A DNA stretch of 46,562 bases from contig CANETX010000001.1 of the NCBI GenBank assembly GCA_947441435.1, positions 1 through 46,562 of the forward strand, in the 5' to 3' direction. The position numbers and the translations under genes were made by a program. How positions within the stretch are numbered: position 1 is the first letter of the stretch; each line of letters begins with the position of its first letter. The DNA comes from Planctomycetaceae bacterium. Its GTDB lineage: Bacteria; Planctomycetota; Phycisphaerae; Phycisphaerales; SM1A02. This document shows, in pieces, positions 42,110 through 46,562 of the stretch. The notes beneath the pieces were generated by a model. The model saw only the letters and a program-made list of their open reading frames with translations, did no database searches and had not been told where the DNA came from.

Positions 42110-42149
42110 ATCCCCGAGCGGGGGGGCGACAGGGTCCGCCGGCGCCTAC

Positions 42150-43451
42150 TCAGGGAAGAGGGCGCATGTAGATGTTCATGAACTCGAGCGCCGAGCCGTG
42201 GTGCTGGAGGCCGACGGGACCCGTGGCCGGCACCCCGGGGAGGGTCGCATCGGGGAGCACGCACTTGCCATTGAGATCGACTCGCAGGTGATCGCCGCGC
42301 ATGGCGATCCGAAAGCGATTCCATGAGCCGTCCGGCGCGTCTGCGGCGATGACCGGCGTGCAGGAGGCTCGCACGGCCGGGGGCATGGCAGCGTCACTCC
42401 GGTAGCCCCAGACCTCACCGCTGCCGACCGGCCAGTTCCACATGTTGACCTGACTCTTCGAGTTCCCGCGGAGGAAGACTCCGCTGTCGCGCTCCTCGAT
42501 CTCCTTGGTGACGGTCGCGCCGTCGGCCCCCTTGAGGTCCGTGCCGTCGGGGGCAAACATCGGCCGTTGGTTCTTCCCTTGTCCCGGGCCGATCCAGCGC
42601 CAATCGGCGATGAGTTCGAAGTTCGCCATCGAGGCGTTGGACCAGAGATCTCCTCCCTTGCCGTCGTATGCGAGGACGCCCTCACGGAGATTCCAATGAC
42701 CGGCGAGATTCGGCGCTTCGTGCCACTGGGGGAGTCCCGTCGTGAGCATGGGGGTGAATCCCTCGTCCGCCTGCGCGATCTGATCGGCGGAGAGTGGCGT
42801 CGGGCTCGGTGCCAGTTCCGTGAGCCGGATGTTCCGGAACCGGATGGGAGTGCCTTCGCTCTCGAGGCAGATGTAGCCCTTGCGTGGGTTGATGCCGCTG
42901 CCGCCGCCCACTTCAACTCCGTTCACCGCGAGTGTCAGACGGCCGTTGTCGGCGGTGACTTCGTAGTGATTCCATTGGCCCTTGCCCTTGGTTTGGCGGG
43001 AGGAGGGGAGGCAGCGGACCCACCCCGCTGGGTGGGGTCGGTCCGGCGTCATGGTGGCCCCGTGGATTGCGAACACATCTCCTTGACCGGTATAGAGGAG
43101 TCGCCCCTCCTTGTCCTTCACGTCGGGGGTCAGCATGATCTGGACCTCGATCGACCGGGTGAACGGGACTCCCTTCGCAGGGAGGGCATCGCTCCAAACG
43201 AAGAGGCCTGCGTTGCCGGGTTCGTTCTCGTGCATCCAGTCGAGTTCGAGCTTGAAGTTCTCGTACATCGCTGCGGTGCGGAGGACTCCTGTGGGGATCC
43301 CCGAGCACTGGATGACCGGGACTCCGTCGTCACCCTCCGCGACGGTCCACGTTGACGGTTCGCAGTTCACGTTGACCCAGCCGGTGAGGTCCTTGCCGTT
43401 GAAGAGGTCGATGGGGGCGAGCGCGATGACCAGCGGGAGTGTGAGGAGCAT
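42150..43451 (-). CDS. Secreted protein with two tandem DUF1080 (3-keto-disaccharide hydrolase-like) domains
   Basis: 433 aa. Each half shows the DUF1080 pattern (LFNGKDLTGW...W.V.DG...NF.L..DW....GNSG.F.R...E.Q...; second copy ends GPVGLQHHGSALEFMNIYMRPL). Confidence 0.7.
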   Translation of the reverse strand: MLLTLPLVIALAPIDLFNGKDLTGWVNVNCEPSTWTVAEGDDGVPVIQCSGIPTGVLRTAAMYENFKLELDWMHENEPGNAGLFVWSDALPAKGVPFTRSIEVQIMLTPDVKDKEGRLLYTGQGDVFAIHGATMTPDRPHPAGWVRCLPSSRQTKGKGQWNHYEVTADNGRLTLAVNGVEVGGGSGINPRKGYICLESEGTPIRFRNIRLTELAPSPTPLSADQIAQADEGFTPMLTTGLPQWHEAPNLAGHWNLREGVLAYDGKGGDLWSNASMANFELIADWRWIGPGQGKNQRPMFAPDGTDLKGADGATVTKEIEERDSGVFLRGNSKSQVNMWNWPVGSGEVWGYRSDAAMPPAVRASCTPVIAADAPDGSWNRFRIAMRGDHLRVDLNGKCVLPDATLPGVPATGPVGLQHHGSALEFMNIYMRPLP

Positions 43452-43485
43452 CCCCCGAGGGTAGGTCCGTCGTCAGGCCCTCGTC

Positions 43486-43524
43486 AATGAAAAGCGGCCG
43501 ACCAGGGATGTACTGGTCGACCGC
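43486..43524 (-). terminator. Probable rho-independent terminator after the TSP3/dockerin-like gene
   Basis: Minus strand reads GCGGTCGACCAG-TACATCC-CTGGTCGGCCGC (12-bp stem with one G-U pair) followed by TTTTCATTG. It starts 26 nt after the stop at 43551. Confidence 0.55.
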
Positions 43525-43550
43525 TGAGAGTGATCAAGTTGAGATGCGAA

Positions 43551-44135
43551 TCAGGGGTCCGAGCACCCCCAGTTGGCGAGGACGACCACCAGATCGCCGC
43601 CTCCGACGGATCCGTTGCCGTCGAGGTCGCAGACGGGGATGTCGGTCATTCCCCATGTGGCGATGATCATGCTCATGTCGATGCCCCCGATGCAGTCATC
43701 GAGGTCGAAGTCGCCACGGGCATACTCGCACGAGTCGGGGACGCCGTCCTGATCCTTGTCCGTGTCGCCCGCGGCGATGTCGCAGGCATCTGCGATGTCG
43801 TTGCCGTTGCAGTCCGGATCGCACGAGTCGGGGACGCCGTCCGCATTGCAGTCTTCTGATGTTCCGCTCGCGATGTCAAAGCTGTCGTCGATTCCGTTGT
43901 TGTTGCAGTCGAGCAGCGCCGGATTCGGACTGGCGAACGAGCGCGTCGAGAAGAGCGCCACGACGGCCGTCGCGGCAAAAATCCAAGTCAGCCATCGCGT
44001 GAGCACAACTTGCTGTGCAACAGCCACATAAGGTGCAGAATGTGAAAATGTCTCGTCCCGCATAAACCCCGCCTCCATGGGCACGGAATGGGGTCGACTT
44101 GGCCGCTTGCAAGAGAACTTCCCCAGAAATGTCAC
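43551..44135 (-). CDS. Secreted Cys/Asp-rich protein with CNxNG/thrombospondin-type-3-like Ca-binding repeats and a dockerin-like C-terminus
   Basis: Signal-like TRWLTWIFAATAVVALFSTRSFA. Repeats DCNNNGIDDSFD, DCNADGVPDSCD, DCNGNDIADACD, DKDQDGVPDSCE. C-terminus CDLDGNGSVGGGDLVVVLANWG. Start ambiguous (ATG at 44135, 44078 or 44063). Confidence 0.6.
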   Translation of the reverse strand: MTFLGKFSCKRPSRPHSVPMEAGFMRDETFSHSAPYVAVAQQVVLTRWLTWIFAATAVVALFSTRSFASPNPALLDCNNNGIDDSFDIASGTSEDCNADGVPDSCDPDCNGNDIADACDIAAGDTDKDQDGVPDSCEYARGDFDLDDCIGGIDMSMIIATWGMTDIPVCDLDGNGSVGGGDLVVVLANWGCSDP

Positions 44136-44204
44136 CCGAATCGATCTTCTGTGGTCCTACCGGATCCCGGGGGCAAGACCCTTCCAGTCGAAACCAGCAC
44201 CAAC

Positions 44205-44885
44205 CTAGGCAGGTTGGAGGGGCGATAAGCGCATTTCGCGCAAATTTGGGTGGATCCGGACCTCCGCGGTCGTCTTGGCCTTCACCTCATCGAACGAGAC
44301 CCCCGGGGCGAGTTCCGTCAGGACGAACCGGTGCTCCTTGGGGTCCATGGCCAAGACGCAGAGGTCGGTGATGAGCATGTCGACGCACCGCTTGCCGGTC
44401 AAGGGAAGCGTGCACTCGGGGATGACTTTGGACTCGCCTCGCTTGTTGGCGTGTTCCATTACGACGATGCGTCGCTTGACTCCTGCGACCAAGTCCATTG
44501 CCCCGCCCATTCCCTTGACGAGTTTGCCGGGGATCATCCAGTTGGCGAGGTCGCCTTCTTGCGACACTTCCATGGCACCGAGGATGGCGAGATCGATGTG
44601 CCCGCCGCGGATCATGCCGAAACTGTCGGCGCTCGAGAAGAAGGAGTGGCCGGGAACTCCGGTCACCGTCTGCTTGCCTGCGTTGATGAGGTCCGCGTCG
44701 ACGGCATCCTCCGTCGGGAAGGGTCCCATTCCGAGCAGTCCGTTTTCCGACTGCAGCCACACAGTCATCCCTCCAGGGACATGGTTGGCGACGAGCGTGG
44801 GAATGCCGATGCCGAGATTCACATAGAAGCCGTCGCGGAGTTCTTGGGCGGCACGCTGAGCAAGTTGGTTGCGGTCTAGGGGCAT
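44205..44885 (-). CDS. scoB: 3-oxoacid CoA-transferase, subunit B
   Basis: 226 aa. [24 protein letters not shown] (catalytic Glu), [43 protein letters not shown]. As far as I recall, close to Bacillus ScoB over its full length. Confidence 0.9.
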   Translation of the reverse strand: MPLDRNQLAQRAAQELRDGFYVNLGIGIPTLVANHVPGGMTVWLQSENGLLGMGPFPTEDAVDADLINAGKQTVTGVPGHSFFSSADSFGMIRGGHIDLAILGAMEVSQEGDLANWMIPGKLVKGMGGAMDLVAGVKRRIVVMEHANKRGESKVIPECTLPLTGKRCVDMLITDLCVLAMDPKEHRFVLTELAPGVSFDEVKAKTTAEVRIHPNLREMRLSPLQPA

Positions 44886-44888
44886 GGG

Positions 44889-46457
44889 TCAGGTTCCGAA
44901 GGTGATGCCCTGAGCGAGCGGGAGATCGCCTCCCCAGTTCACAGTGCACGTCTGCCGACGCATGTACGCCTTCCACGAATCCGACCCCGACTCGCGACCA
45001 CCGCCGGTGTCTTTCTCTCCGCCGAACGCGCCGCCGATCTCGGCGCCGCTCGTGCCGATGTTCACGTTGGCGATCCCGCAGTCACTGCCAGCTGCCGAGA
45101 GGAACCGCTCGGCACTCCGAACGCTGTCGGTGAAAATGGCGCTCGACAACCCTTGATCGACTCCGTTCTGGAGGGCGATCGCCTCGTCGAGCGATGCGAC
45201 CGTGAACACATAGAGGATGGGAGCGAACGTTTCCTCGCAGGTGATGGGTGGCACTGTGCCGCGTGGAACCCGGAGAATCGTGGGTTCGACGAAGTTTCCC
45301 GGTTTCGCGGCCGCGCGTTCGATTCCCTCAACGCCGCCGCACACGACGGTGCATCCCTGCGCAACGGCAGTCTCGACGGCGCGGCGCATCGCAACGACTG
45401 CGCGAGAGTCGATGAGCGGTCCCATGAGCGTCTTTGGATTGAGCGGATCGCCGATGGGAATGGAGCTGTACGCGGCACGCAGGCGTTCGATGAGCCGCTC
45501 GACGATGCCCTCGTGCACCAGCAACCGCCTCGTCGAGGTGCAGCGCTGGCCTGCCGTGCCCACGGCGCCGAAGAGCACGGCGCGGGTGACGAGTTCTATG
45601 TCCGCGTCGGCCATCACCGTGATTGCGTTGTTGCCGCCGAGTTCGAGGAGCGTCCGCCCGAGGCGCTTGCCAACGACTTCCGCGACGCGGCGACCCATCC
45701 GGCATGATCCTGTGGCGCTGATGAGTGGGAGCCGTCGATCGGCGAGCATCGGCTCGCCGACGGCCTCATCGCTGCCGATGACCAGCGTGAACACATCCGC
45801 GGGATCCACTCCATGTGGCGTGAAGAGAGTCTGCTCGCGCATCACGCGCCGTGCGATCTCGTTGGAGGCGATCGCGGTCAGCGGCGTGAAAAGGCTCGGC
45901 TTCCAGATGCAGGTGTCCCCGCAGACGGCCGCGATCATCGCATTCCATCCCCAGACGGCGCAGGGGAAGTTGAAGGCGGTGATGATCCCGATCGGCCCCA
46001 GAGGCTGCCACTGCTCGAACATCCGGTGGCGTGCGCGTTCCGAGTGCATCGACAATCCATAGAGTTGCCGCGAGAGTCCCACCGCGAAGTCGGCGATGTC
46101 GATCGTCTCCTGGACTTCGCCGAGCCCCTCGGCCCGGATCTTGCCCATCTCCAAGGAGACGAGTTCCCCGAGAGGCTCCTTGAGGCGGCGGAATTCGTTG
46201 CCGATGAGGCGAATGATTTCGCCGCGGTGGGGGGCGGGAACATCCCGCCACAATTCGAATGCGGAGTGCGCTCGTGCGATCGCGCCGTCGAGGTCCACTG
46301 TCGAAGCGAGACGGACGGATGCAATCGGTTCCCCGGTCGCGGGGTTCAAGGAGACGACCGACGGGCCATCAACGGTCCCATCGACAACCGAGCCATGCGT
46401 GGCGATCGAGAGCCGTGCGAGGAGAGGATGCGCCTGCGCGGTACGCGTCGCCGTCAT
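44889..46457 (-). CDS. Aldehyde dehydrogenase, ALDH7 / alpha-aminoadipic-semialdehyde (piperideine-6-carboxylate) dehydrogenase-like
   Basis: 522 aa. GEVQETIDIADFAVGLSRQLYG, ITAFNFPCAVWGWN, ELGGNNA and catalytic GQRCTSTRRL. The stop lies 3 bp before the scoB start. Confidence 0.75.
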   Translation of the reverse strand: MTATRTAQAHPLLARLSIATHGSVVDGTVDGPSVVSLNPATGEPIASVRLASTVDLDGAIARAHSAFELWRDVPAPHRGEIIRLIGNEFRRLKEPLGELVSLEMGKIRAEGLGEVQETIDIADFAVGLSRQLYGLSMHSERARHRMFEQWQPLGPIGIITAFNFPCAVWGWNAMIAAVCGDTCIWKPSLFTPLTAIASNEIARRVMREQTLFTPHGVDPADVFTLVIGSDEAVGEPMLADRRLPLISATGSCRMGRRVAEVVGKRLGRTLLELGGNNAITVMADADIELVTRAVLFGAVGTAGQRCTSTRRLLVHEGIVERLIERLRAAYSSIPIGDPLNPKTLMGPLIDSRAVVAMRRAVETAVAQGCTVVCGGVEGIERAAAKPGNFVEPTILRVPRGTVPPITCEETFAPILYVFTVASLDEAIALQNGVDQGLSSAIFTDSVRSAERFLSAAGSDCGIANVNIGTSGAEIGGAFGGEKDTGGGRESGSDSWKAYMRRQTCTVNWGGDLPLAQGITFGT

Positions 46458-46561
46458 GGAGCGGTGGTGCCCTTCGCGGGCGCGGGCTCTCCGGCTGAGG
46501 CAGGCGCCGATGGCTTCGCCGGCTCGCTCACGTCAGGCTTGCTCGTGAGCACTTCGACCTT
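46454..46561 (-). CDS. 3' end of an unidentified upstream gene (partial), Pro/Ala/Lys-rich tail
   Basis: The minus-strand frame is open from the window edge and reads KVEVLTSKPDVSEPAKPSAPASAGEPAPAKGTTAP*. Its TGA overlaps the ALDH start (ATGA at 46454-46457). Too short to identify. Confidence 0.3.
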   Translation of the reverse strand, partial: KVEVLTSKPDVSEPAKPSAPASAGEPAPAKGTTAP

Positions 46562-46562
46562 C

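Noticed and set aside
42110-42149. Possible hairpin CCCCG-AG-CGGGG between the sigma factor gene and the DUF1080 gene
   Set aside because: A 5-bp stem with a 2-nt loop is sterically implausible, and there is no T-tract.
1-46562. Search by eye for mobile elements, prophage, defence systems (restriction-modification, toxin-antitoxin, CBASS/Thoeris-like, cas), tRNA, rRNA and riboswitches
   Set aside because: No transposase, integrase or recombinase motifs and no flanking inverted or direct repeats. No small paired toxin/antitoxin ORFs and no nuclease/ATPase/TIR/SIR2-like genes. Intergenic regions are too short (mostly under 110 bp) for tRNA or known riboswitches. The 275-bp and 155-bp gaps show no cloverleaf or conserved riboswitch cores that I can recognise.

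Overview
Very GC-rich bacterial chromosomal segment with about 36 tightly packed protein genes. I found no rRNA, tRNA, CRISPR array, transposase, integrase or recognisable defence gene. The gene content suggests a Planctomycetota/PVC-like organism, possibly Phycisphaerae-like: tandem DUF1080, dockerin-like tails, CNxNG/TSP3-like repeats, HpnCDE squalene genes and CXXCH exported proteins. This taxonomic guess is inference only.

Most genes are housekeeping: fbaB (partial), gpsA, rluD-type, rlmN, ispH, queG, ribF, nrnA-type, pyrC, uvrC, ftsH, a sigma-28-type sigma factor, scoB, an ALDH7-type dehydrogenase and a large NAD-GDH. Because of the GC content, nearly every real gene has a long antisense shadow ORF. 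I rejected these.

No classical novel system (defence, toxin or mobile) is evident. The parts I consider most worth follow-up are:
1. A 1161-aa protein colinear with the fused indolepyruvate/2-oxoacid:ferredoxin oxidoreductase family, whose cofactor motifs look degenerate.
2. An exported metallo-redox trio: a P1B ATPase with a CPG motif and no metal-binding domain, a plastocyanin-like cupredoxin fused to a dockerin, and a CXXCH protein.
3. Translationally coupled hpnC-hpnD-hpnE divergent from ispH, plus a separate overlapping pyrC / class-III aminotransferase / MMPL(HpnN-like) operon, with no cyclase in the window.
4. A 5-unit 9-bp tandem repeat that places five in-frame ATGs in the ftsH 5' region.
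5. A two-gene operon encoding a large Ala-rich coiled-coil lipoprotein and a secreted protein with a CX4CH motif.

All functional calls come from motif recognition by eye. No searches were run.
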